Assembly (NCBI GenBank): GCA_034723125.1 | Contig: JAYEOP010000021.1 | Coordinates: forward strand, 1 to 52,806 | DNA: 52,806 nucleotides | Direction of reading: 5' to 3' | Origin: Bacteroidota bacterium | Lineage (GTDB): Bacteria > Bacteroidota > Bacteroidia > CAILMK01 > JAAYUY01 | In this document: in pieces, positions 27,672 to 37,877 of the stretch | How the letters are laid out: each line of letters begins with the position of its first letter | How positions within the stretch are numbered: the first letter of the stretch is position 1 | The notes under the pieces: generated by a model | Seen by the model: only the letters and a program-made list of their open reading frames with translations | Told to the model about the DNA's origin: nothing | Database searches by the model: none | Position numbers and translations under genes: made by a program

Positions 27672-27693
27672 TAATTCTAAAAAAAATACAACA

Positions 27694-29214
27694 ATGAAAA
27701 GCAAGAAAGTAATTTTAATGATTCTTGATGGATGGGGAATAGGAGATAAATCCAAAGCAGATGCTATTTTTAATGGAGAAACACCTTACATTGATTCCCT
27801 ATTAAAAAATTATCCAAATTCGGAACTTTTAACCTCAGGAAAAAATGTTGGACTACCCCAAGGACAAATGGGAAACTCGGAAGTAGGACACATGAATATT
27901 GGTGCAGGAAGAATTGTTTTTCAAGACCTTGTAAAAATCAATAAAGCTATTGAAGATAATTCAATAATTAAAAATGAAGAAATTAATAAGGCTTTTCGCT
28001 ATGCTAAAAATAATAATAAAACGGTTCATCTTTTAGGATTGGTTTCAAACGGTGGTGTTCATTCGTCCCAAAAACATCTTTACAAATTATGTGATATTAC
28101 AAAAGATTTTGGCTTAAAAGAAGTTTTTATTCATGCATTAACTGATGGTAGAGATACCGACCCCAAAAGTGGATTGGGATTTATTAAAGAACTTGAAAAA
28201 AAAATTGAAGATTCAAACATAAAAATTGCTTCACTTACAGGCAGATATTACACTATGGACAGAGATAATCGTTGGGAAAGAATAAAGGAAGGATACGATT
28301 TAATGGTTCATGGAAATGGGAAAAAAACAAAAAATATTCAAAAGGCAATTCAGGAATCCTATGATAATAATGTTACTGATGAATTTATTAAACCTATTGT
28401 AAAAACGGATAAAAACAACAAAGCAATTACAACAATAAAAGCAGGCGATGTAGTAATTTGTTTTAACTTTAGAACCGATAGGCTAAGGCAAATAACAACG
28501 GCACTTACTCAAAAAGATATTCCCGACTATGATATGAAATCATTGGATCTTGAGTATTTTACAATGACAAAATATGATAAAAATTTCAAAAATATCAATG
28601 TCATTTTTAAAAAAGATAATGTAAATAATTCACTGGGAGAAATACTTTCAAAAAAAGGTGAAAAACAAATAAGAATAGCTGAAACAGAAAAATATGCTCA
28701 TGTAACATTTTTCTTTTCAGGAGGTAGAGAAGAAGAATTTGACAATGAAAAAAGAATAATGATTCCTTCTCCAAAAGTGGCAACCTACGATTTGCAACCC
28801 GAAATGAGTGCTTACAAAGTAAAGGATGCAATTGTAAAAGAATTAAAAACAAAAGAACCTGATTTTATTTGTCTTAACTTTGCTAATGGCGACATGGTGG
28901 GTCATACAGGAATTTATCCAGCAATTTTAAAAGCAATAAATGCTGTTGACAATTGTGTAAAAGAAGTTGTAGAAACAGCCAAAGCAAACGATTACACGAT
29001 TTTAATAATTGCTGATCACGGAAATTCAGATCATGCTATAAATTCGGATGGAACACCAAATACAGCTCATTCCCTAAACCCTGTTCCATGCATTTTAGTT
29101 TCAAAAGAATATCAAAAAATAAAAAATGGAATTTTGGCAGATATTGCCCCAACAATTTTAAAAATTAAAGCTTATCCTATTCCTAAAGAAATGACAGGGA
29201 AAGTTTTGATTTGA
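27694..29214 (+). CDS. gpmI: 2,3-bisphosphoglycerate-independent phosphoglycerate mutase
   Basis: The protein starts [15 protein letters not shown] and contains [14 protein letters not shown] and ADHGN. The track start at 27628 is a TTG that adds 22 non-homologous residues. Confidence 0.95.
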   Translation: MKSKKVILMILDGWGIGDKSKADAIFNGETPYIDSLLKNYPNSELLTSGKNVGLPQGQMGNSEVGHMNIGAGRIVFQDLVKINKAIEDNSIIKNEEINKAFRYAKNNNKTVHLLGLVSNGGVHSSQKHLYKLCDITKDFGLKEVFIHALTDGRDTDPKSGLGFIKELEKKIEDSNIKIASLTGRYYTMDRDNRWERIKEGYDLMVHGNGKKTKNIQKAIQESYDNNVTDEFIKPIVKTDKNNKAITTIKAGDVVICFNFRTDRLRQITTALTQKDIPDYDMKSLDLEYFTMTKYDKNFKNINVIFKKDNVNNSLGEILSKKGEKQIRIAETEKYAHVTFFFSGGREEEFDNEKRIMIPSPKVATYDLQPEMSAYKVKDAIVKELKTKEPDFICLNFANGDMVGHTGIYPAILKAINAVDNCVKEVVETAKANDYTILIIADHGNSDHAINSDGTPNTAHSLNPVPCILVSKEYQKIKNGILADIAPTILKIKAYPIPKEMTGKVLI

Positions 29215-29226
29215 TAAATGAAAAAA

Positions 29227-30075
29227 TTATTTTTCAGCAACCACAATTCTATCTTTATCAAAGCTATCTTTCAGAATTTTTGTTTTGAAAAAACCATTCA
29301 TTTTCAATAATTCAACAACATCTTTTCCCAGTGCTTCATTTATCTCAAAAAAGAGTTTTCCTCCTTTTTTTAAGTGTGATTTTGCAAACTCACAAATTTC
29401 TTTGTAAAAAATCAAAGGATTATCATCACTCACAAATAAAGCTTTTTCAGGTTCATGTTCCAATACATTTTTGTGCATCAAATTTTTTTCCGATTCCCGA
29501 ACATAAGGCGGATTGCTAACTATGAAATCAAATTCCCCCTTTATGTTTTCTCTTTCGGTTTTTTCTAAAATATTAATTTTATTGAAAATTATTGAAACAT
29601 TATTTAAGTCAGAATTTCCTTTTGCAATCATTAATGCCTCTTCCGAAAAATCAATTGCTGTAATCTCTGACTTGGGAATTTCCTTTTTTAATGCAATTGC
29701 AATACAACCGCTTCCTGTTCCAATATCAATAATTCTTGGAAAAGTTAAAGTATTTTCATTAACAACTGTTGATACCAATTCCTCAGTTTCAGGTCTTGGG
29801 ATTAAAACATCATTACTAACTTTTATTTCACAATTACAAAAAAATGTTTTACCAATTATTTGTTGAATAGGCACATTATTTAAAAGTTTTTTAATAGCTA
29901 CTTCTAATTTATCTTTTTCTTCTACCGAAATTTTATAATTACTTTTTGTTGTAAAAATATCTGTTCTCTTACAATCAAATAAAAACTCAATTAACTCGTA
30001 AGCAATACTTTGAGCTTCCCTTTCGGAATAAATTGATTTTATTCTGCTAACAATATTTTTAAAAATTTCATTCAC
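29227..30075 (-). CDS. prmC: Release-factor glutamine N5-methyltransferase
   Basis: It has LIPRPETE, DIGTGSGCIAI and IVSNPPYV. Confidence 0.9.
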   Translation of the reverse strand: MNEIFKNIVSRIKSIYSEREAQSIAYELIEFLFDCKRTDIFTTKSNYKISVEEKDKLEVAIKKLLNNVPIQQIIGKTFFCNCEIKVSNDVLIPRPETEELVSTVVNENTLTFPRIIDIGTGSGCIAIALKKEIPKSEITAIDFSEEALMIAKGNSDLNNVSIIFNKINILEKTERENIKGEFDFIVSNPPYVRESEKNLMHKNVLEHEPEKALFVSDDNPLIFYKEICEFAKSHLKKGGKLFFEINEALGKDVVELLKMNGFFKTKILKDSFDKDRIVVAEK

Positions 30076-30122
30076 TAACTTATTTTATAAAAAAAGTTGT
30101 CTTCTAATAATCCTTTAATTTC

Positions 30123-30344
30123 GGTTCTATGTCTAATACTGTGGGTAATCAAATTTGCCACAGATTCACAGATTACAAAATTACTCTTTTTGTAATTAAT
30201 GCTTATAAGAAAACTCATTAATTGCCTACCTGTGCCGTAAATCCCCTAAAGGACATATCTTATTAGAATATTGCATATAAATTAATTTTAATCTGTGAAT
30301 CTGTGGCTTTAATTTTTTTTACCCACACAAATCAACATAGAACC
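30123..30344. mobile_element. MITE-like element or long structured hairpin: roughly 55-60-bp imperfect inverted arms around a 113-bp centre
   Basis: A perfect 19-bp inverted pair is gccacagattcacagatta (30157-30175) and taatctgtgaatctgtggc (30289-30307). Outer pairs are gtgggtaa/ttacccac and ggttctatg (30123-30131)/catagaacc (30336-30344). TTAATT-like sequence flanks both ends. Confidence 0.5.
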
Positions 30345-30382
30345 TTAATTTTTCTATCGGCACATATTAAATTTACAGCTGA

Positions 30383-32398
30383 CTATTTTTTCACAAAAGG
30401 TAAAACCTTAGAAATATCTTTGTCTGAGAAAAATCTTATTAAATAATATCCTGATGATAATTCTGCTGTTGAAATTGAAATTATTGAATTATTATAGCTT
30501 ATAAATTTTGCATTTTTAACAACTTTTCCATCCATTGTAAATATTTTATAAACACCTTCTTTCGTAAATTCTGCATTAATTTTTACATTTAGAATATCAC
30601 TTACAGGATTTGGAAAAAGCTGTATTGATTCGTTTTTAACCATTTTTTCTTTTGTACCTAATGTACCCCAGTAACCATTTTTATTAATAACAATTATATC
30701 ATTTATCGGAGGATTGCTCACTCTTGTGTAGGTAATAGGGTTTGTTTGCCATCTAATTACAATTGAATCAACTGTGCTATTATTGTCCAAACCAAAATTT
30801 CTAATAAAAGGTTGCTGACCGCTAAAATGACCAAAGCCTGCCGATACTTCCCGTGTTTGTGCAACTCCTCCCGAATAAACTGTTATTCGTGAGCCAATCC
30901 CACTTTTATTTGAAGCTTGCGGAGGGTCAAGTTTTATTCCTACCCAATTATTGAATTCACCAACTTTATTTTCAATCAGAAGCACTTCATGTTTAGCTTC
31001 ATGCTCTCCGTTGCCGTGGCAAAGTAAAATATCATCATCACCGTCAAGGTCAAAATCAATAGGTTGGATTGAATAAAGTTCTCTAATCATAGTGCTTACT
31101 CCTGCAATTCCAATATCTGAGGAAATATCATCAAAATAATTATCTGATTGTTGTTGAGAAATAAACAATCTTGTATTATTTGAATATCCACCGTTTCCTA
31201 CTGCAAGGTCAAGAAGCATATCATTGTCCAAATCAAACCAACAAGCATCATAATCGCCAATATGAGATGCTCTCGGAGGTTTTCTTTCAACACGGTCAAG
31301 AGCCCATTCAAGTTCATAATTTCCACTTTCACCTTTATTGACAACAATTGTTGACCTTCCTGCAAGTTTCCCGAACACATCATTTCCAAATCCTCCATGT
31401 ACCAGAACATAAAAGAAATCCATATCTCCGTCATTATCAAAATCAGCAGGTTGACTTGCCCATGTACAAAGTGCTTTTGCTTTTGTCATTTGCATATCAG
31501 CCCAGCCATCTCCATTCAAAAATTGAGTGTTGTATCCAACAGTTTTAGCAACATCACGAAACCTACCGTTTTTCATATTTTTCCATAAGCTACCACCACT
31601 ACGGCAATATGGTGAAGTAGCAATATCCATCCATCCGTCATTATTCCAATCAGTAGCATTTACTCCGTACAACGGATAGTCATTTTGTTCAATCCATGTT
31701 TCAAAACTCACATCTGTAAAAGTACCATCACCATTGCCTTTAAGCATATAGCTTGAAGTTATTTTGTTATTTTTATAATCATCAAACCAAGATGCAACAA
31801 AAACATCAAGATTACCGTCAAGATTATAATCAAGAAACGACATTCCTGTTGTATTTACCAAACCTTCATCATTGCCTGAGTGAGGTCCTATTTTATTTAG
31901 TCCGCTGTTTTCTACAAGTTCAAATTCTCCCCATCCTTTGTTCAACAAAACTTCACATCTATCTCCGGGGTCGTTGCTGTCGGGATGATAATATTCCCAC
32001 CTATGATAATAAATTCCTGTAATGCAATCGTTATCTCCGTCATTATCAATATCTCCAAAAATAACATTATCTATCACCCTACCCTTTTCGCCATTTCTCC
32101 TTATGTCAATATGTGAGCCTTTTGTAATGTCTTCAAAAAATCTGTCTTTTGGATTTGATGAACCGGGCTTTTGAATATTTCTGTATAATTTTATATGACC
32201 TTTGTTAAGATTTGCTTCAATAATAGCAATATCGGGATAATGATCGTTGTTGATATCCACAACATAAACATAGGAAGCACGTGCACTGTCAAGCCCAACA
32301 TCTTTAGTAACATTTTCAATCCAGCTTTCTGATTGTGAAAATGTTTTTATTGAGAAACTTATTAAAATAACAAAAGTGAGATAAATGTTCTTTTTCAT
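30383..32398 (-). CDS. FG-GAP/VCBS-repeat protein with an ASPIC/UnbV domain (CRTAC1 family) and a T9SS C-terminal sorting domain
   Basis: It has a signal peptide and repeated D.N.DG..D calcium-binding FG-GAP loops. GIGSRITVYSGG..QTREV.AG.G..S resembles the UnbV/ASPIC domain. The C-terminal LFPNPVSDILNV...GYYLIRF matches a T9SS CTD. Confidence 0.85.
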   Translation of the reverse strand: MKKNIYLTFVILISFSIKTFSQSESWIENVTKDVGLDSARASYVYVVDINNDHYPDIAIIEANLNKGHIKLYRNIQKPGSSNPKDRFFEDITKGSHIDIRRNGEKGRVIDNVIFGDIDNDGDNDCITGIYYHRWEYYHPDSNDPGDRCEVLLNKGWGEFELVENSGLNKIGPHSGNDEGLVNTTGMSFLDYNLDGNLDVFVASWFDDYKNNKITSSYMLKGNGDGTFTDVSFETWIEQNDYPLYGVNATDWNNDGWMDIATSPYCRSGGSLWKNMKNGRFRDVAKTVGYNTQFLNGDGWADMQMTKAKALCTWASQPADFDNDGDMDFFYVLVHGGFGNDVFGKLAGRSTIVVNKGESGNYELEWALDRVERKPPRASHIGDYDACWFDLDNDMLLDLAVGNGGYSNNTRLFISQQQSDNYFDDISSDIGIAGVSTMIRELYSIQPIDFDLDGDDDILLCHGNGEHEAKHEVLLIENKVGEFNNWVGIKLDPPQASNKSGIGSRITVYSGGVAQTREVSAGFGHFSGQQPFIRNFGLDNNSTVDSIVIRWQTNPITYTRVSNPPINDIIVINKNGYWGTLGTKEKMVKNESIQLFPNPVSDILNVKINAEFTKEGVYKIFTMDGKVVKNAKFISYNNSIISISTAELSSGYYLIRFFSDKDISKVLPFVKK

Positions 32399-32471
32399 TT
32401 TTAGAATATTATTTTTTAAAAATACGAATGTAATAAACTTATCCTTGAGTCCACTCTAAAAACTATTATAA

Positions 32472-33596
32472 TCAACCTTCTGTTATTCCCATACTTTTAG
32501 ACAACAATTCAGCAGTTTTATCCCATGAAAACTTCTGTTTTTGAACTTTTAATTTTTCGATAAGTTTTTTTCGTAGTGTATCGTCTTCTGCAATTTTTTG
32601 CATTGCAATAGCAATTTCTTCAACATCAAAAGGATTTACAATCAATCCTGCATCTCCTACTACTTCGGGCAATGATGAACTGTTGGAAGTAATTACCGGA
32701 ACATTGCAAGCAAATGCTTCAATTAATGGAATTCCAAAACCTTCAAAATAAGAGACATAAGTCATTGCAACTGCGGAAGCTATATATTTCGCCAAACGTT
32801 CATTGGAAACTCGTCCTGTAAAAATAATATCATTTTTATATTTCATGGAATCAAAAACATCTTCCATTTCTTTTGTTCCCCAAGCTTTTCTACCAACAAT
32901 AACAAGCTTTATTTCTTTTTGTGAATTATCCCTGAATTTCTCATAAGCTTTTAAAAGATTAGGAATATTTTTTCGTTGATGCAAAGCACCTACATATACA
33001 AAATAATCTTTTGAAGCTGTCAGTTCTTTTTTTACATCTGCTTTTTCTTTTTCGGATAATGCTTTAAAAATATCGGAAGCACCATTGTAAACAACATCAA
33101 TTTTATTTGGCTCAATACCATATTTTTGAATTAAATCATTCTTAGAAAATTCTGATACAGTAGCAATTCTATCAGCTTTTTGAGCAAACTTAGGGAAATA
33201 ATACTTGTAATATTTCTTTACTAAAAAAGGAATATCCTTAGGATAATGTTCAAAAGCAAGATCGTGAATAACCGTTAATGATTTGGTTTTATTTCTTAAA
33301 GGTAAATATCCATCCATAGAAACAAAAATATCAGCATTAATTTTTTTTAGAACTTTTGGCAACGACCATTCAAACCATAAATACCAAAGAAAAGGATGAC
33401 GGGCTTGAGGATGAACAATAATAGCTTCGATGTTTTTGGAGAAAATAAATTCCTTATCAACTTTTCTGTCAAAAAGAAAATAAAATTTATGCTCAGGATA
33501 TTTTTCAGTAATAATTTTTAGTGTTTCAAAAGTAAAAACACCAATTCCTTCGAGTTTATCTTTTATTAAAAACCTTGTATTTACAGCAATTTTCAT
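32472..33596 (-). CDS. Family-4 (GT-B) glycosyltransferase
   Basis: The C-terminal EGFGIPLIEAFACNVPVITSN...PEV.GDA signature (E-x7-E region) is typical of GT4 enzymes. Confidence 0.9.
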   Translation of the reverse strand: MKIAVNTRFLIKDKLEGIGVFTFETLKIITEKYPEHKFYFLFDRKVDKEFIFSKNIEAIIVHPQARHPFLWYLWFEWSLPKVLKKINADIFVSMDGYLPLRNKTKSLTVIHDLAFEHYPKDIPFLVKKYYKYYFPKFAQKADRIATVSEFSKNDLIQKYGIEPNKIDVVYNGASDIFKALSEKEKADVKKELTASKDYFVYVGALHQRKNIPNLLKAYEKFRDNSQKEIKLVIVGRKAWGTKEMEDVFDSMKYKNDIIFTGRVSNERLAKYIASAVAMTYVSYFEGFGIPLIEAFACNVPVITSNSSSLPEVVGDAGLIVNPFDVEEIAIAMQKIAEDDTLRKKLIEKLKVQKQKFSWDKTAELLSKSMGITEG

Positions 33597-33935
33597 CTAT
33601 TAACACTTCAAAAACAAAATGCTAAATTAAGAAAACAATTTGTAATAAAGTATGCTATAAAAAAACCATTCTTTCAATAAAAATTAAATTGTTATTTCGG
33701 ATGATTATCTCTTCAACTATCCGTAAAATAAGGTGTTGGAATTTGTGTGCTAACTTCTACTGATAATTTAAATTAGCATAAAAAAACAAAACAACATAAC
33801 AAAATAATTTTCGTTTCAATAATTCGCTGTTAATAAAGTTTTTTTCAGACCTTTGCCATTGCAAAAAATTGAAAATGATTGTTACTAACATCAAGGATAT
33901 TTTGAGAAGAAACAATGAATTGAACTAAATCAAAT

Positions 33936-34949
33936 GTGAAAATGGAAAACAAAAATGAAAGTTTTGTTATTGTATTACGCTTTTTACTAAAATGGAAATA
34001 CCTTTTATTAATAATTAGTTTTGTTGCAGGATTAGTTGCTGCAATATTTACAGGACCAACATTTGTTGACCCCAAGTATGAAGCTTATGTAATATTTTAT
34101 CCTACATCATCAATAACAGTATCAAAAGGATTACTCACCGAAAATAATTTTTCAGATGAAGGCTTTCTTTCGGTTGGAGAAAGTGAAGAAGCAGAGCAAT
34201 TATTGCAAATTTTACAATCAGACAGAATAATTCATAAGATAAAAACAAAATACAATCTTATGGAGCATTACGAAATTAGTAAAGATGAAAAATATGCTAA
34301 TTCAAAATTCGGTTCAAGATTTCACAAAAATGTTAAATCCAGCTTAACAGAATATACTTCAATAAAAATATCCGTTAAAGATAAAGACCCGAAAATGGCA
34401 GCTAATATTGCAAATGACATGGTTGAATATATGGATACTATCAGAAATGATATTTTAAAAGTTAGAGCAAAAAACGGCTTGGAGATTGTAAAAGAAGATT
34501 ATTTCAACAAAAAACAATATATTCAATCACTTATTGATTCACAAAATGTTCTTGCTCAAAAAGGAGTGCTTAACTTTGAAGGACAATCAGAGGCATTGAG
34601 TACTGCTTATGCAACAGCACTTCAAAAAGGAAACTCTGTTGCAATAAAATCCGTTGAAGAAAAACTTGATTTGCTTTCTAAATATGGACCAACACAAGAA
34701 TGGATAACAGGAGAACTTGAATGGGAACAAGAAGAACTTGTTAAGCTAAGAAATAAATACAAGCAAATTAAAGTTGATTTTAAAAACTTCATTCCTCATA
34801 AATTTATTATTGAGAATGCTAGTACTCCTGAAAAAAAATGCTTTCCGAGAAGAACAATTATTACTTTAGCATCAGCTTTTATAACTTTAATCCTTACAAT
34901 TTTGATCCTGATTTTTGTTGAAAATTTTAAAAAAATTGAATTAAATTAA
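33936..34949 (+). CDS. Wzz-like polysaccharide chain-length determinant family protein
   Basis: It has N- and C-terminal TM helices flanking a coiled-coil-rich periplasmic region. The N-terminal pattern (KYLLLIISFVAGLVAAIFT...PKYEA) resembles a Wzz domain. The start could be the GTG at 33936 or the ATG at 33942. Confidence 0.65.
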   Translation: MKMENKNESFVIVLRFLLKWKYLLLIISFVAGLVAAIFTGPTFVDPKYEAYVIFYPTSSITVSKGLLTENNFSDEGFLSVGESEEAEQLLQILQSDRIIHKIKTKYNLMEHYEISKDEKYANSKFGSRFHKNVKSSLTEYTSIKISVKDKDPKMAANIANDMVEYMDTIRNDILKVRAKNGLEIVKEDYFNKKQYIQSLIDSQNVLAQKGVLNFEGQSEALSTAYATALQKGNSVAIKSVEEKLDLLSKYGPTQEWITGELEWEQEELVKLRNKYKQIKVDFKNFIPHKFIIENASTPEKKCFPRRTIITLASAFITLILTILILIFVENFKKIELN

Positions 34950-34997
34950 TTTTTTTCAACATTTATTCTTTAAAAGAACTCAATAAAAACTCAGCAA

Positions 34998-36440
34998 TTG
35001 ATAACAAAAAAACACATAACGGGTTTAGCTTTTGTTCTTCTTTTTATTGTTGCCAATACTATTTTAATGCTCCATGAAATTTATTGGCTCAATCTACTTC
35101 CTTTTGTTTTATTGATTGCTTACTCTTTCTTTTATTTCCCCGAAAAATTACTTTATTTTTTAATATTTATCACCCCATTATCTTTCATTTACAAATTTGA
35201 AGATTTTGGAATTTCAGTTAGTATTCCTACAGAGCCTATCATTTTAACACTCATGATATTGTTCTTTTTACGGTATTTTATTAAAGGTGATTATGACAAA
35301 AAAATTCTCAAGCATCCTATTTCTATTGCAATTTACATAAATCTTTCTTGGATTTTAATTACATCTGTTACAAGCACAATGCCTTTAATTTCTCTTAAAT
35401 TTTTCCTCTCACGTCTATGGTTTGTAACTGTCTTTTACTTTATGATTATCAATCTTTTTAAAAGTGAAAAATCAATAAAAAACTTTTTTTGGTTATTTCT
35501 AACACCTCTTATATTTGTAATTATTTTTACAATTTACAAACATCATCACTTTTTCTTTTCTCATGATTATGCTAATAAAGTTACATATCCGTTTTTTAAA
35601 GACCACACAATTTATGGAGCAGTAATCGCAATGTTTCTGCCTGTTATTGGAGGCTTTTTTGTTAAAAACAAAATATTAAAATTAAACAAATTTCAAAATG
35701 CTTTTGCTCTAATAATTACAATTATTCTTATTGCCGGTGTTTCTTTATCATACTCAAGAGCCGCATGGATAAGCATTGTTGTTGCAATTTCTTTTCCACT
35801 TTTATTCTGGTTAAAAATTAAATTTAGAGGTCTGATTTTAATTTTATTAATTTCAGGCTTTTCAATATTTATCTTTTGGTCACAAATAATCCAACCATTG
35901 AGAAAAAACACTTCTGTTTCATCAACAGATGTAAGTGAGCAAGTAAAATCAATTTCAAATATTTCAACGGATGCAAGCAATGCGGAACGAATTAATAGGT
36001 GGAATTGTGCAATACGTATGTTCAAAGAAAAGCCACTATTTGGATGGGGACCCGGCACTTACATGTTTAAATATGCACCTTTTCAATTGGCAAAAGAAAG
36101 AACAATAATAAGTACCGATTTCGGTAACTTGGGAAACGCTCATAGCGAATATCTCGGTCCTCTTTCGGAATCAGGTTTTCTCGGAATGCTTTCATTCCTT
36201 TTACTCGCATTTACAGTTCTTTACACAGGAATGAAAGTATATTACAAAAACAATTCGAGTAGTTTTACAAAAGTCATGACCATACTTTTATTAATGGGTT
36301 TCGTAACATATCTTACTCACGGAATATTGAATAATTTTCTTCAAACAGATAAAGCATCTGTTCCTTTTTGGGGATTTATTGCTATAATTACAGCAATGGA
36401 TATTTATTTTAATAAACAACAAAAACTAGAAAAATTATGA
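34998..36440 (+). CDS. O-antigen ligase / polymerase family (Wzy_C) polytopic membrane protein
   Basis: It has about 10-12 TM helices. SYSRAAWISIVVA and the loop NAHSEYLGPLSESGFLG are typical of Wzy_C proteins. The start is TTG, and the first ATG would remove part of TM1. Confidence 0.8.
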   Translation: MITKKHITGLAFVLLFIVANTILMLHEIYWLNLLPFVLLIAYSFFYFPEKLLYFLIFITPLSFIYKFEDFGISVSIPTEPIILTLMILFFLRYFIKGDYDKKILKHPISIAIYINLSWILITSVTSTMPLISLKFFLSRLWFVTVFYFMIINLFKSEKSIKNFFWLFLTPLIFVIIFTIYKHHHFFFSHDYANKVTYPFFKDHTIYGAVIAMFLPVIGGFFVKNKILKLNKFQNAFALIITIILIAGVSLSYSRAAWISIVVAISFPLLFWLKIKFRGLILILLISGFSIFIFWSQIIQPLRKNTSVSSTDVSEQVKSISNISTDASNAERINRWNCAIRMFKEKPLFGWGPGTYMFKYAPFQLAKERTIISTDFGNLGNAHSEYLGPLSESGFLGMLSFLLLAFTVLYTGMKVYYKNNSSSFTKVMTILLLMGFVTYLTHGILNNFLQTDKASVPFWGFIAIITAMDIYFNKQQKLEKL

Positions 36441-37294
36441 AAAAAACAACTTCTTTACTCCTTTTATTTATTGCTTCAATTTTTATCCAAGCAACTATGC
36501 CTGCCTATAAAATTTACAATTCAAAAGGCAAAGAAATAAACTTTGAAAAAATGGCAAACAAAATTTCATCAGCAGACGTAATTCTATTTGGTGAGCTTCA
36601 TAATAATTCCATTTCCCACTGGTTGCAATTTGAACTCACAAAAGCACTTTACGAAACAAAAGGTAATAAATTGCTTTTAGGCTCAGAAATGTTTGAAGCT
36701 GATGACCAAATAAAAATTAACGAATATTTTAGCAATTATATAACTCAAAAATATTTTGAAAAAGAAGCACGAATATGGCCGAATTACAAAACCGATTACA
36801 AGCCTCCATTTGAATTTGCAAAAGAAAAAAAGCTAAAATATATAGCTACAAATATTCCTCGCAGATATGCTTCATTCGTTTCTACAAAAGGACTTGACTC
36901 TCTACAACTTTTAAGCTCGGAAGCAAAAACATTTATTGCTCCACTACCAATTGATTTTGACCCTGAATTACCCGGCTATAAAAAAATGGCTAAAATGATG
37001 AGAGGACATAGTATTTCATATCTTCCTCAGGCACAAGCATCCAAAGATGCTACAATGGCACATTTTATCTTAAAAAACCTTAAAGAAGGACAAATATTTC
37101 TTCATTTTAACGGAGCTTATCATTCAAATAATCATGAAGGAATTTATTGGTATTTAAAAAAACAAAATAAAAATCTTAAAATAATTACAATTACTACCAT
37201 TGAACAAGATGATATTAAAAATTTTGATGACGAAATAAAAAATATGGCAGACTACTTTATCGTTGTTGATAGTGATGTAACTAAAACTTATTAA
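36437..37294 (+). CDS. ChaN-like (haem-binding uptake / Tiki superfamily) periplasmic protein
   Basis: It has a signal peptide. DVILFGELHNNSISHWLQ resembles the ChaN family GE.H motif. There is an ATGA overlap with the upstream gene. Confidence 0.55.
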   Translation: MKKTTSLLLLFIASIFIQATMPAYKIYNSKGKEINFEKMANKISSADVILFGELHNNSISHWLQFELTKALYETKGNKLLLGSEMFEADDQIKINEYFSNYITQKYFEKEARIWPNYKTDYKPPFEFAKEKKLKYIATNIPRRYASFVSTKGLDSLQLLSSEAKTFIAPLPIDFDPELPGYKKMAKMMRGHSISYLPQAQASKDATMAHFILKNLKEGQIFLHFNGAYHSNNHEGIYWYLKKQNKNLKIITITTIEQDDIKNFDDEIKNMADYFIVVDSDVTKTY

Positions 37295-37296
37295 AA

Positions 37297-37860
37297 ATGA
37301 AAAAACTATTTTTTATACTTGCACTTTTACCTTTTCTTTTCTCGTGTAACAATTCAGAAGAAAAAAGAGATTCAGAATTACAATCTCTTAACGAGCAAAG
37401 AGATGAATTTTATAACAAATTAACAAGCTCGGACTTTGACTTTGAAGAAGTCCGCAACCTTGCTGATAATTATGAATCCTTTATTGAAAACTATCCTAAG
37501 GATATCGTTTGCTCAAAACTAACAATTGAATTAGCAAACATTTATGTTAATTTCCTAGGAGATCCTGATAAAGCTATTGAATTATATTCTTCAATAGAAG
37601 AAAAATATCATGATAGTGAATATTTACCTGAAAGCTACTTTGCAATAGCAAATATTTATAATGACAGACTTCATAAACTAGGGAAAGCAAGTGAATATTA
37701 TAGGAAACTAACAGAAGAATTTCCTGACCATGAACTTAGTAAACAAGCAAAATTTTTGATGGAAAATATTGGTAAAACTCCTGAAGAACTTCTAGATGTG
37801 ATTTTAAAGAAAAAAGCTGAAAGAGAAAAAACAAATAAAAACGATTCAATTATAAATTAA
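37297..37860 (+). CDS. TPR-repeat lipoprotein
   Basis: It has the lipobox LFSC. TPR-like helical repeats are present (A.ELYSSIEEKY..SEY.PE..F..ANIY.....GKA.EYY.KL.EEFP). Confidence 0.65.
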   Translation: MKKLFFILALLPFLFSCNNSEEKRDSELQSLNEQRDEFYNKLTSSDFDFEEVRNLADNYESFIENYPKDIVCSKLTIELANIYVNFLGDPDKAIELYSSIEEKYHDSEYLPESYFAIANIYNDRLHKLGKASEYYRKLTEEFPDHELSKQAKFLMENIGKTPEELLDVILKKKAEREKTNKNDSIIN

Positions 37861-37877
37861 TTCTAAAAAATAAATTT

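Noticed and set aside
27628-27693. N-terminal extensions of track ORFs that start at TTG codons: gpmI from 27628, the 188-aa ORF from 14885 and the 692-aa ORF from 21061.
   Set aside because: The extensions add non-homologous residues. In two cases they contain a TAnnTTTG promoter box. In each case a downstream ATG gives a canonical N-terminus or signal peptide.
33597-33935. A possible invertible-promoter inverted repeat upstream of the Wzz-like gene (atgctaaatt ... aatttaaattagcat).
   Set aside because: The repeat is short and interrupted, and no recombinase gene is adjacent. A match of this kind is expected by chance in AT-rich DNA.
33845-34075. A 76-aa minus-strand ORF overlapping the start of the Wzz-like gene.
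   Set aside because: It overlaps a better-supported plus-strand gene and intergenic promoter DNA, and it has no motifs.
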